This document shows positions 24,976 through 37,750 of a stretch of 63,885 nt of DNA, one piece after another. The stretch comes from Octopus bimaculoides. Lineage: Eukaryota. The stretch covers positions 34,180,393 to 34,244,277 of the forward strand of contig NC_068987.1 in assembly GCF_001194135.2 (NCBI RefSeq), read 5' to 3'. The notes under the pieces were generated by a model. That model was not told where the DNA came from. It did no database searches and worked only from the letters and a program-made list of their open reading frames with translations. Made by a program: the position numbers and the translations under genes. Each line of letters begins with the position of its first letter. The first letter of the stretch is position 1.

Positions 24976-27412
24976 AATAATAATAATAACAACAATAATT
25001 ATAATAATACCAGGCAGTGGCTCTCATGGCTTCTGATCTTAACTCGTTGGAAGTGATATCGTGTACATTGTTTTGTCACTGCATAAAATATGGCTTCGGG
25101 AACTATTCAGCTCAATGCAATCCATTGCAATCCAAAACATTTAATATTAAGATCATTGCAAGAGGTGCATACTAAACCTCATTATCTGTAGTTTGGTGTT
25201 TGGTCAGAAACCAAATATTATATAACTGTGTAATTTTAAAATTAGATATCTCTTTCTAACCATTGAAGTTGTCTTGATTTCGATGTTTTCTACTCTGATT
25301 CTAAGTTTTGTTGCAGTGTGTTTCGTGTGCGGAACCTTTTAGCATTTGCGGCTTTCAAATTATTGCTGCGTCGCCATGTCGTAAAATGTTCAAATTTGAA
25401 TAATTCTTGGTAGTAAAAGTGAAAGTGAGATAGCGTGTAGTCGGTGCGTTAGCGACGGTGTGATCTAGCAAGCAAAAGTCATTTGTAATTTTTTCACCTT
25501 CAATGATTTCTGTTGATGTATGATTCATAATTAGTACCTTTGGTACTTTATATTTTAGATTAGTGTACTGAGTGCACCTCTAAACTGTTAAACGAAGCAC
25601 TTTTGTCTTTAACCAAATGTAAAAGTTTGACAAAGTTTCTGTTCATAGTGGTAAAGTACGTTTAATGCGAAGCTACACATTGGTGAAGTTAGAACCAGGA
25701 GGGTTACAGAAGAGTGAAGTGAATTATAATCAACATACGAATTTGTAATACAGATGATGATAACAATGAGCTTAGTGATAAATAAGTACTGAAATATAAG
25801 TTGCCTTGAAAGCGTAGGCGTAACTTAGTGACTTATTGTAGTGAGCCCTTTAGTGGGTGGTGTTAAGTTTTGCACCAGTGCATATTGTGCAGGCGCCTTC
25901 TGCTTAGAATGTTAAGATATAAGACTCGAAACAGTGAAGGGAGCTGGTCATTAGCTTTCTTGGTGCAAATTGAATCAGGCCATGTTTGTTTTGGTTACAT
26001 TTGTAATATGGTTTTTGTATACTTAGTAATGATGCGTGGGAGGCTCTTTTATTAAAGTCTTAGTATTTGTTTTCGAATGTTTAAATCGTAATATTTTAGT
26101 GTCTGTCATTCAGCCGTTTTCGATTTGATTTCTTTTAATTAGATACACGTAAGTGGAATTTTGCAGCTTGAATACACAGTACTAGACATCGACTCACATG
26201 CATCGATTTGTTGCAGCTGTATAGACTGACAAATTATACCTGCCTTTGGTACGCAAAATCAAAGTGTAGAACTCAATTGTTACTATTTAAATTAGTTTGA
26301 GAATTGGCACATAGTAACACGAGGGATTACTTGAGGATTACATCGAGCTAAAATATCCGATTTATCAATCTCACCCATTTCAAAGCATAATGCGTTTCTC
26401 ATTGAAATATTTTAAAGTAATCAACATATTGATACGCTTGTAAATCCCTTTATTGTTAATTAACGTGATTATTGTAATCGTTTCTCATATTCAGTAGAAT
26501 ATTAAATGATATAATTCTTCTTGATTAATCTGTTTGACTTTCGAAAATGTCACATACTAGTAGAACTACTTAAACTGAACATTAAAAATCTGATCATATC
26601 CACAATAAATATTAGTAATATTACAACAGGACAGCGAGCAAGGGGAATTGCTACCACACAGGGAAAACATTAAGAGGAATTTTATGCGTTTTATGTTCTG
26701 AGTTAAAATTCTGCCGACGTCGACTCTAGTTTCACCAACTGGAGGGTCGATAACATGAGTATCAATGGAGCACTGGTGTCGATGTAATACATTTATCCCT
26801 CCTCCGTAGTACTATTGGTCAGTGAGCTAGAAGAATCGTTAGCATGCAGGAAAAAATACATAACTGCATTTCTTCCGACTTTACGTATTGAGTCCAAAAA
26901 CCACCGAAGTTGACATTGTCTTTCATGCATCTCGGCCGATAATATAGCACCAGTTGGGCATTGGAGTCGATGTAATCTACATATCCCGCCACTTCCTAAA
27001 TCGCTAGCCTTGCACCAACATTTGAAACTAATATTACTATTACGATTATTGTAGTGAAGCAGTAATACCGATATTATTGCTATGTTTTCACTTTTGCAAT
27101 TTAGTTTTACATTATATCCCCACATTCTGAATTCAATACGAATCACAATCTATATAAACAACTTCCTTCTAGCATAGAAGATAAAGTATTTAAATTATTG
27201 GAATCGAATTATCAACGCTTTTACATGTGTGGTTTGTCTAAACATAGTGGGATGCTACACTAACTCTTAACCTTCGAAAAGAAAAGTGTACATGCGAGGG
27301 AAACAGCTATGTATATAAGGGTCTTTCAATCAACTGCAAGTAGCAACTTACATTCCTATCATATCACAACCAGAGCTGGAAAGACATATTGGTTTAACAA
27401 TATTCCAAGATA

Positions 27413-27633
27413 CTAAGGCGGCGAGTTAGCAGAAACGTTAGCACGCCGGGCGAAATGCTTAGCGGTATTTTGTCTGTCTTTACGCTCTGGGTTAAAATAC
27501 CGCCGAGATCGACTTCGCCTTTCATCCTTTTGAGGTCGAAAAATTAAGTATCATTTGCGTAGTAGGAGCGATCTAATCGACTGGTCCCCTCCCCATAAAT
27601 TTCGGGCATTGTGCCTAGAGTAGAAAAGAAAAG
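27413..27633 (+). mobile_element. Full-length SINE (SINE-F2) with 14-bp target-site duplication
   Basis: AAGGCGGCGAGTTAGCAGAAACGTTAGCACGCCGGGCGAAATGCTTAGC...GTGCCTAGAGTAGAAAAG; AATATTCCAAGATA at 27399-27412 and 27634-27647. Confidence 0.88.
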
Positions 27634-30600
27634 AATATTCCAAGATATTGTGGGTGTGTACACAAAGACCTGAGTGACATTTGGTAAAGTGACTTTGTTC
27701 AGAAGTACTCTGTATCAAGTTACATAAGAAGCTAAAAAACATCGACAAAATATATGCATGTATATGTGTACACACACACATAAATACATAGACACATACA
27801 TATGCATATATAGATACACACATACATTCACATATACCGATAGAGAGGACGGAAGAGAGAGTCAGAGAGAGCGCGAAGGAGAGAGAGGACACTCATAATT
27901 ATATATATAAAAGGATGTTGCATACAATTATATAGCATATATAACATTTATGACGATAGAGTTATATCACTTTATGCCGTTTTGCATTCTCCTCATACAT
28001 GATTGATTGCTATATCATAGTGAACGCCACAATCCATGCATCACCTCGACGAAATCAGTGGCAGCATTCAGCTGGTGAAGCTAATCACCATTACGTTCTT
28101 AATTCAGAGTAGCTAATCCAACGTAGCTATGCATATCCACGAGTTTCATAGAGCGATATCATACACTAGTTAAATTCAAAGGATGAGTTAAACTAGTATA
28201 ACTTCACCAATAATATAACCCTTTGTGCCAGTGTTAAAGTATATAATAATTGACCATCTAATGACACCGATCTCTGTGGTTTTGTGCTATGCAATAGAAT
28301 CAATATTTTTAGTTGAATAGCACCCGGACTGGTGGGAAGTGAAACCATTAATGAGCCAACCGAAACGTTGTAATTGATTCTTCACTCGAATGTTGCTGAG
28401 ATAATATCAGTTCTTCATCTCTACAGCCTCGATAAAATAGGGATAAATTTGTGGCGCTGCGTCAGTAATCATTATATATAGGAATTTCCTTCAAATTAAA
28501 CGTCAGGAAAATGTTCAATACTTGCACAGAAGAATATTAATCAGAATTATAGATATCTCAAAATGAGAGATATAGAAATAGAAAGAGGCAGAGAGTTTGT
28601 GAGAAAGCGAAAGAGAAAACAGGAGAAAGTGGGGGACAGAAAGTGAGAGTTTCAAAGAAGGAAAGAAAGAACAAGAGAAAGAAAGTGACGAGGTGGGATG
28701 GAAAGAAACTGACATGTAAAAGAAAAGAGATGCAGATACTGAAGGATTGGAGAGATCGAACTGAATTATAGAGAAATACTTGACACTTTTCCAAGTAGAT
28801 TTGCTTTTAAACCCATAATTCTTGGACTACAAAAGAGAAGCAAGTTCAGAATCATTAATTCAAGAGAATCATTACAAAGATGAATAGACGTCAGAATCAA
28901 TCCCTTGTCATTGGAATAATGTCAGAACGGCATGGTATGGCTTCAGGCAAATTAAGTAAATTTAAGTGAAACACAAAGAACGGAAAGGCAATCTAAAGAA
29001 ATGAAATTATAACAATAATGCATTGAGACGAATCAATGCAAGCAATTGTTTCTTAGAATATTAAACAGTTAAAAGTGAAAATCGTAATGCAAGACATGTC
29101 AATAAAAACGGGTTTTATTTTTATATTTCATTTAATTTATCATTAAATTTTCGAACAGCGTTAAAAGAAATATCGAAAAAGTGCATGTATTGGTATCTGA
29201 CCTAGGCACTAGACCTCAAATTCATGATGGATATATAAGTTATATATTCGATAGTAGATCGAAATCATTATATCATGAATATTATATTTNNNNNNNNNNN
29301 NNNNNNNNNNNNNNNNNNNNNNNNNNNNNNNNNNNNNNNNNNNNNNNNNNNNNNNNNNNNNNNNNNNNNNNNNNNNNNNNNNNNNNNNNATTTATATTTT
29401 ATTGTAGAAGCATCAATTTATGGGTAAAGTACTCTAGCAATTATTGACACTCATCGCATCTCACTCCAAAACGTTTTTATACATTATTTTGGAAACAGTT
29501 TTGCTGAATGCAACTGTTTATTTTGCAACCTCACCAAGTAAACCAAAGTCACGATTATTATCTAATGAAATGTAAATTCGAAACATTTACGACGATCAAA
29601 TTCTCGTGCAATGCAGAAACTATTTTGCAGGAGAATGGATAGCAATTATAAAACGGCTTACCTTAGTAATTTACATAATCTATATAAGTGCCTATATCAA
29701 TTTTAGATATTTGACGTATTAATTATATTTTTCAAAATAATATATAAACTAACAAAAATTTTAAAATATCCTTCATTAATTCCGGATTCAATGCATACAT
29801 TAAAAAGAAATACGAGCTAAGTTTATAATTTCATCTAAAATAAATCCACAATAAATAAATAAATAAATCATTAACAACAATTCAAATTGAAATTCAAAAA
29901 CTACAGCTTAGAACGATAGAAGTGTCACATGCTGAATGAAAATGCATTTTGGCAGATAATAGTTATTGAATTTTCAACAATGTTCTATGCGATACTTATA
30001 CTTCAAGAAAGAAGTAAATTGCGAACATAAATTCATGCAAAGATCCCACAAGATTTAATAAATGAAGTCCTAAATAAATAAATTTGAGTTATGCTTCCAT
30101 TTAAAAGATTAGCTAAATGAAGTTATATAACAAAACTGATATTAATAAAATACAACATAGAATTTAGTTAATGTAAAATTTCTATTACAATAAAGATGAT
30201 ATTCTTTCACACACATTCAGATATTTGGAAATAAAGCTTTTGCAACCAAATTATAAATGAGAATTCATTTATAAACGTAGGTGGCTATTTTATACTAGGA
30301 TTATTTTCTATTGTGTTCAAAGTGTTCTTGTTTCTCGTTTGATAAAATCCAAACGAAATGAATTGTCAAAAAGCGCTTTACTTCATTACACTGGTTTATG
30401 TGCAGGTTAAACTAACTTGTAAAAGCATACATTAAAGTGAATATATATCTGTGTGTGTGTATGTGTGTGCATGTTGGTGTGCGTGTGTCTGTGTATGTGT
30501 AAGCAGTGTGATTCAAAGTTACCTCACTCAAAGGAAAAAAATACCCAGTATTTAGTAATCCATGCGGATTTCAGTGTAAATATTTCCCTAGAATCATAAC

Positions 30601-30639
30601 ACATCAACATTTAAATTTGATACATCATGGAATAAAAGT

Positions 30640-31320
30640 AAGTATTATAATCTGTTACAAAGTCTTTTGGTTCTCTCAAGAAGCGTCTTTGGAAGAGCCA
30701 TGACATTTGCCTGCACCATAAAAAAAGAATTGCGCATAGATCCGAACTGATCCCTTGCTTCCTCCACGTCGTGAAATTAAAGGCCTTCACCCCAGACACA
30801 TCAAGGCACTGGTGTGTGCACAACATCGTCCTATGCTCTCCATCTTGCCTATCATATGTTGGCATCTGTGCGCTAGCGCACTTAACGTGGAAGTCCTCAT
30901 TGAATGATCGCAATTGCGCTGAGCGGGATATGTTTGCAGGATGCAAGGTGACAGGCCCCCAAAGGGAGTATCCTATGCTATAGGTCTGGGGGTGATGTGA
31001 TGGTGAGTGGTTGTGATGGAGAGATATGCTGAAGAGACATATGAAGTAGTCAGGTATCTCCCCAGACAACTGCGATGAGAAGCCCTGCGCGCAATGAATG
31101 TCTCTAAATGCTAAAGCTCGTAATTCCAATGATTGAGGAGAAGCATCAGAGAGAATGCAAAAGAGGCGTTACCTCTTCCCTAGCAGCAAATGTCATCGCT
31201 CCAGCAGATCAAGAGCATGCCTTGTACTTCAGACCTGCGGAACTACCAAAAATGATTTCTGAGCAGAGCTACAACCGACAACCGGGGACAAAATGTAAGT
31301 GCCAAAACGAAATATAAGTG
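30640..31320 (+). mobile_element. RTE-clade LINE 3' relic
   Basis: Translation across stops: LNVEVLIE*SQLR*AGYVCRMQGDRPPKGVSY, matching the RTE SQLRWAGHVxRMxDxRLPK motif. Confidence 0.75.
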
Positions 31321-31639
31321 ATAGTTTATAAAATAATCATACACAGTCTTACGTTGGTTTCATTACCAAACAATGAATTATTTTTTACAAGAGAAATTCC
31401 ATGACAAAATTCAATGGCACCTTTTCAGAAACGTCTAACATTTATAAGTAACTAGAATAAAGATTAAATTATAGACGATTTCAGTCTTTGTGGTATATAT
31501 ATTTGATGTTTGGTGGAGGAGGAATGACAAGTGAATAACTGTTTTGTGTTTGTGTATAAGTTGCATATAGTCAATGCCAATGATTGCTGATGCCTAGGGA
31601 TACACACATGCATACATTTAAATATGAAGAAAATAATCC

Positions 31640-31870
31640 AAGGTTCTTCCCGAGCTATGGGCTGTTATAGCTGATTTCCCAAATTCAGTGACGTATATGC
31701 TCACTGCTGGATATGGCGCAGGCTTGTCGTAGGACTATTCATTTTTGCTAGATTAGTGGACCGCAGAAACGAGAAATGAAATCTTTTGCTGTAAACCGCA
31801 GTGCATCGCTCGGCCCAGGGATCGAAGCTACTATCTTACGACCATGAGTTCACCAAGCCACGCAACATCA
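31640..31870 (-). mobile_element. Degenerate tRNA-derived SINE
   Basis: Minus-strand head GCGTGGCTTGGTG...CATGGTCGTAAGATAGTAGCTTCGATCCCTGGG with a B-box-like motif. Confidence 0.6.
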
Positions 31871-32216
31871 CACTTTTAAATATAGTGTCCTTTATATGTG
31901 GTCCAATCGTCAATGCATGATTATATATACATATCTCCACATATTAAACCACACATAAACGCAGACACCCAGACAAACGCAACCGCGAGCACGCACTCAC
32001 ACTCAGACACACATGTATACTTACAACTGCAATGAAATATTATTGGAGTTGCATTTATCGGAAATAGATAAAAGGTGTACAGGTTTAGTACTATCAAGGT
32101 ATTTGAAATACAAATACATTTAGATGTATAACTCCTATATTCGTATTTCTGTCAGTCAGTGTGTGTGCGTGTGTACGTATACACACACACACGCACACGC
32201 ACACACACCCACACAT

Positions 32217-32302
<86 letters not shown>

Positions 32303-32329
32303 GTCTAAATTGTACATGTACGAAAATTC

Positions 32330-32950
32330 TTCCAGAATCGGACGGTATACATCCAATCAGTTCTGAATTCGGCACTTAATGGTGCTAAGGCGATTATCCA
32401 CTTCAAGGGTCTCCAGCTCTCCTCACGCAAATCTACATGCCATATTCCGCCCTTCCATTGAAAATCAGACTTCCGAATTCTTATTTCTGGGTAAAGACAA
32501 TTGCGCCAGTCTTACCCTCAACACCTCCTCCCCCTTTGAAAAATGATACGGATGTCGGAAGACATCTACTAAGAAACTCTACTGCATGTCACCCAAATTC
32601 CATATGCTTTTACTGATGATGTAACACTTATCCTTACATTAACAGCACCACATTAACATCAATGGGATTAACTCATTATAATATCACATTACTCAACGTT
32701 TACTGCGCATCGGTCCAAACTGATATGTTAATCATATGGGGAGTTTTCAGCACAGTTTACATGCGAAAAACAGGCCGATGCCTTGCCGATCGCTTTCGGG
32801 AGCATATTGGAATCATATTGTTACACTGCAACTATGTCAAGCCAACCTGTCACCTCCCGGTTCTATCACTTTCCTACACTTTCTTGCTGAAGTTGATTCT
32901 CCCATGATCCTTCATTTCTTATCAATTGCAGCCACTCTCTTTTAATTAAA
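32330..32950 (+). mobile_element. Penelope-like element (PLE) relic: linker and GIY-YIG endonuclease
   Basis: ORF 32662-32907 contains STVYMRKTGRCLADRFREH (YIGETGRxLxxRFxEH half of the GIY-YIG nuclease). Upstream YMPYSALPLKIRLPNSYF resembles the PLE TYHP..LP.K.I..N linker. Confidence 0.72.
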
Positions 32951-32999
32951 GGATGTAAAACTCTGTTGTCTTCCATACAATTTCTTTCCGTCCATTTTT

Positions 33000-33640
33000 C
33001 TTTCAAGAAGGCGTTTGTTTCTCATTTCAAGAATGTAAATATTAGAAAATTGGCACAAAGAATTAGGTGGAGTGAATAGATAAGTTAACAAGAGTGTAAA
33101 AGGTGAGGGGCAGAGGAAAAGAGATTGTGATAGTGAGAAATCTATTGAGTTGTGAACATAGGTAGTCAATCGAGAATATCAGATTCAGGGGATAAGAGTG
33201 GGTCAAGTAGGGAAGAGGTTACAACACAGGTGATGTAAAGTGTTTGGAAGTGCTTTCCCAGAGAAAGCTACACATTTTCACGGGGAGTGAATATGATGGG
33301 TATAGAAATGGAAATAAACGGACGAACAAAGTGTATAGGCACCATCATATGGCGAAAGAAGAGATTTATAATGAGAAATTAGAGGTGAAAGGGGGTCTTC
33401 AATGAAAAACGATGTTGAAAAGGACGACATCAAGAATGCGTGAGACAAATAGAGTGATGCTAAGAATGGTGAGATATAAAGGGGGTAATGCCTGCAGTTC
33501 TTCCCTCGAATACACATCAGCGGTGTGAATAAGTCCGTAGTCATTTGGGTGATGGAGAGGCGGATGTTAAGAATATGTGTTGTGGCTTAAAGATTGTGGC
33601 GTAAAGATGATAGAAGATATGCAATGACACCTATATTATG
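33000..33640 (-). mobile_element. Possible degraded PLE reverse-transcriptase segment, inverted relative to the GIY-YIG relic
   Basis: Only faint similarity (SFSTSFFIED..SPLISHYK) to the PLE SFLDI...TSVHYKPT region. Confidence 0.25.
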
Positions 33641-33659
33641 GATGTTTTCAAGTACAGAA

Positions 33660-34380
33660 AAATATCCTTGTCCTTTGCCTTTCCTCTGTGATACTCAACA
33701 TCGTGTAGTCAGTCTACACTATTTCGTCTTGTTCAATATATTCCTAAATCTCTCTCTTCCATAGATTTCTTCCACATTTACCGATTGGCTCATATATGTG
33801 CAGTCTCCGCTCACAAACACATGATATGACAATGCCAATGTAATCTTCTCTCTTGCACACTACATCTGATACCTCTGAATCACATTTTTTCTTGCAACAC
33901 ATTTGCTATTTGTCCTATATGCACACTGAAGTTGCAGTACAGTGGAACATACTAGTTTCATGCATTCACGACCAACGTTTCCCTACCATGTGGCATTCTC
34001 GTTTGTACAAATGCATTATATAGTCTGTAGGTTGGTGACAAAAATCTGAATTGTTTCCAGCCGGTTCTTATTCTTGTCTCGATGATTTATGTATGTATTC
34101 TTCCACTGCTAAATAAGTCATATACATTTCAGGAACTGCCAACGACATTTAAGGATTTTCGTGAGCATTGGAGGGAATATATTTCCTCTGAGTTCTCAGT
34201 GTCCATTGTTCCTGCGCATCTTTCACATAGAAAATCTACTGTTTCTGCTAACCTTATTGTGATTACACTTCCCGTCTATATCCTTGCACTGGACACACCT
34301 TTAAAAATTTTTACCAACACATTTTTTATATATCCATTAGGGTCATTTTCCTGAATCTTTTAATGGTTTGTTTGTTTTCC
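33660..34380 (-). mobile_element. RTE-type LINE 3' relic with a Cys-rich (PHD-like) insert in the RT region
   Basis: Minus strand: KKCVGKNF*RCVQCK...VDFLCERCAG, then FVQTRMPHGRET...RGIRCSVQERRLHWHCHIM. Confidence 0.7.
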
Positions 34381-34605
34381 TGCTTTTTGGTCCTGTTTAT
34401 TTATTTATTTTTTTACTAAGTTAACGTATAGGTACTTTGATTCCAGGTTTTGCTTCAACACGCCAAATTTATTTTCTCATTCTACCAAAGATTCGGCTAC
34501 AAGAACAATTTCACACGAAATATGAGCTCTCTCTCTCTCTCTCTCTCAAGGGTAAAAAGACTTAAACTGCTCTGCTGTGGCCAGGAGCGATACAATACAG
34601 ATGTA

Positions 34606-34900
34606 TCGCCAGTTGTTATGACGATACTTCTTTTACATTATAACCGTGTAGTAAAAATAAAACATATAACAAAGCAGGGTAACAACAACGTAATAATCCA
34701 ACACACTCTCAACGAACTATACATAAACGAACAAACGATATTCCGACAAACTACCAAAACGACACCCTATGACTTCCTGCGATTAACGCCTACTCTCTCT
34801 ATCTCACTCAGACCGCTACTATTTATAGTTGTTCAGTCAGTCTATTCTCACAGGAGGTGTCGTGACTAGTGGCCCAACTTATCCCCTTTTAAGATTACGA
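34606..34900 (-). mobile_element. Possible LTR ending ATAACA followed by a PBS-like TGGCGA
   Basis: Minus strand ...CGTCATAACA-AC-TGGCGA; TATA-like CTATAAATA inside. No second copy seen. Confidence 0.35.
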
Positions 34901-34901
34901 C

Positions 34902-37750
34902 TGTTGGTAGGAAGCTAAATTTATTTTGTATTATATTTATTTATTTCTTTTCTTTCCAACACCTCCCCGTCTTTCAGATTTTGATTCCCTTGGGATTTCA
35001 GTACATTTTCCGATTAGGAATTATTTCCGTATCTTCAGTGTGTTTACGTTTTCTATTACTGCTCCTACTAGACTTAATCTCATTTGGTGCTAGCACATCA
35101 GATATGTAAAAAACGTGCATTGGAATTTCCTTCCTTTCTTACGTATATCTAGTTTTTAATTCATGTAGTTGTCGTGTATGCTCCCATCGTTGGACTTTTA
35201 TTAAATACATCATGTTCTTTTAGTCACTATACCGTCCTGCCAACATTCTTTACCGTTCGTGCATGTTTTGAAATGGACTTTGTCTCGACACCAAATAGTT
35301 TTGTTATTTTTTCTCTTTTGTCTATATGTTTTTTTTTTTATTTAGCAACAATTTGTCGAAGATACATTTTATCTTCTGAGCGAACGTTAGCTCTGCTGGC
35401 AACTTACCTGAACTGGTATTCGTTTTGGACGTTATTCTACACACTTAAGAACTGAATTAGCGCTTCACCATTTCCTAATTCGTTCCTTGCTTTTTGTAGT
35501 GCTCACTTAAAAGTGTATACAAATCACTCTGTTTGCCCATTTGATCCCTGGTGGAAGGGCGGGGTAAACATATGCTTGATTACATGCACTTAGAAGAAAT
35601 TTTTGAATTCGTATCCTGTAAACTGTGTTCCATTATCCAATAATATAATGTCCGGAACACCGTATCGTACAAAAACATCGTGCAGGAAGTGTGTCTCATT
35701 CGAGGATGGTTGATTGTACCAACATATTTCTGGCCACTTGGCAAATGTATCAACGATGATCAAGTAGTATGCGCCATTCACCGGTCATGCTTTTTCTATA
35801 TGTACCCTGTACCACAAACTATCTATCTCAGGTCACGATTAGTATTTCATCGGTGTTCCCTTGGCTAATAGCACACAACCTCTACATGATTCCACCAAAT
35901 TTTCAATGCCCAAGTTCATTTTGGGTAAAACATGTAACACCTCATCAAAGATTTCATTCTTGATATCCACGGGTGTCCACTATGAAATTCATGTAATACG
36001 CATTTCTGCACTGAAGATGGTATTACCACTCTTTGTACGTACATTTATACATCGTCGCATAGTGAAAAAATGGTTCGCATTTGTGTTTCTCTTTTGTTTA
36101 CTTTTCAAGGTTTCCTTCCATTTTACTATGTATTTGTCATCCGCTAATTTATTTTTATGCTTTGCGCAGTCACTGGCGGTTCCTGAATGACATTGCACAT
36201 AACGTTTTTAATTACGTTTTGTGATTGTAATGCAGCTCTCACCGTATATTTCAGTGGTTCGGCATTCTTCTCCATGGCCAATTTTCTTACAAGGAATGTA
36301 CTCCATCATAAAGTGATAATTAAACAATATCGTAACCCGACGTTGCAATCTATTTGAAATATGGGTAGGAATTCCTTTCTTCGATCCAAAAATTGATAAT
36401 AATAGTCGTAAGTTTATAGCCTAAAACTTATACCGTTCAAAATCCTGAAATTTCTTCATGGCAAAAATAATCGCAAGATTTTCTTTCTCTATCCGACTAT
36501 CACCTTCATGTCATCGTCATTATATCTGTATAGCTTTATTGGCCCTACGCCATAATCACAAGTGTCAGAAGCTACAATAATCACGCTGCAGGATCGACTT
36601 GATCCAGCGACAAATCCAATATTGATATTTTGTTTTTTAATATTGTCAAGCGCGTTTTAACAATTGTTTGACCAATTTCACTTCACCTCTTTTTTTGGCA
36701 AATTATTCAGTGAAGCTCAATTTATACATGTTTGGTATGTAATTTTAATAATTTAACAGTTTAACTTTGGATGAATATCTCTCCTGCGGTTACTTTACTA
36801 GGACAAACACATCAATATTACTTCACTCTTGCATAAAATCAAATGGCATCATGTCGGTACTCTCTTCTGGACTAGTTAAGCTGTAACCCTTTCTGCAATT
36901 TTCATGATCTAATATAGCAGATTGATGTTTCTGTAATTACTTATGTCTAAGACATTTCTTTTACTTTTGTAGCATTTGCATATAATGTTACAACACCATT
37001 CGTAGGGTATAATACCTTCCTGTATATCTTGATTACTTATCCATGTAATTAGGCTGCATCAAATTCCACCAGATATTTTAGCATAACGTCATACATGTAA
37101 ATGCTAATCTATCATAGTACTATCGGCTAGGATAAATGGTCTTTTTTCTTGGGACTACATTAAGAAGACTCTCCACTTTCCATATTTAGCAGCATTTCGA
37201 AGTAGCTATTGAATACTTCTTTATTTTCATATTCACTAATTGCGTCGTTATCCAAACATACAAAGCTCTGTTCTACACTATAAAATCTTTCAATACACAA
37301 CTTTACAATGCGGTCCTGCATCGTAGAACACAAGCAGACACCTTTCTACTTCTCCGATTGCTGGATTGACCTGTCATCTAGATTGCTACCGTCATTCATC
37401 CATTGCTACAAAGCCTTTCTCGCCCTCGGTAGCTTGTCCGAAAGGAACTTCTACCTCACCTTTACGTTATAAATCTCTATCACCTGCTTTTCATAAAATC
37501 CTTCATCTAGTACTTTTCTAAATTTCTGACTGTTCATTGATTCTTTCTATCTACCATAATTTTTTTCAACATTTAACTTTATATCTGAGCTCTTTTAACT
37601 CTAATTTTGGATTGTAATTCTTCCCCAGATTCCACATTTTCGCACGGTTTATGATGTTATGTTGCTTCAAAAGTTCTCTGTCTAACTTTCATACATCACT
37701 GACATCTTTAATGAATACATTAGCCTGGACTTCGAGAAAAAATAAGAGCT
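34902..37750 (-). mobile_element. Ty3/Gypsy LTR retrotransposon pol relic (RT, RNase H, integrase)
   Basis: ORF 35590-35781 NGAYYLIIVDTFAKWPEI...FVRYGVPDIILLDNGTQFTGYEF (rve core); RNase H motifs IIVASDTCDYGVG and EKENLAIIFAMKKF; PPT-like AAAGACGGGGAGG directly before TGTTGG at 34961. Confidence 0.85.

Noticed and set aside
36011-36030. CTGAAGA-TGGT-ATT-ACCA as a hammerhead
   Set aside because: No GAAA follows the stem; it lies in Gypsy coding sequence.
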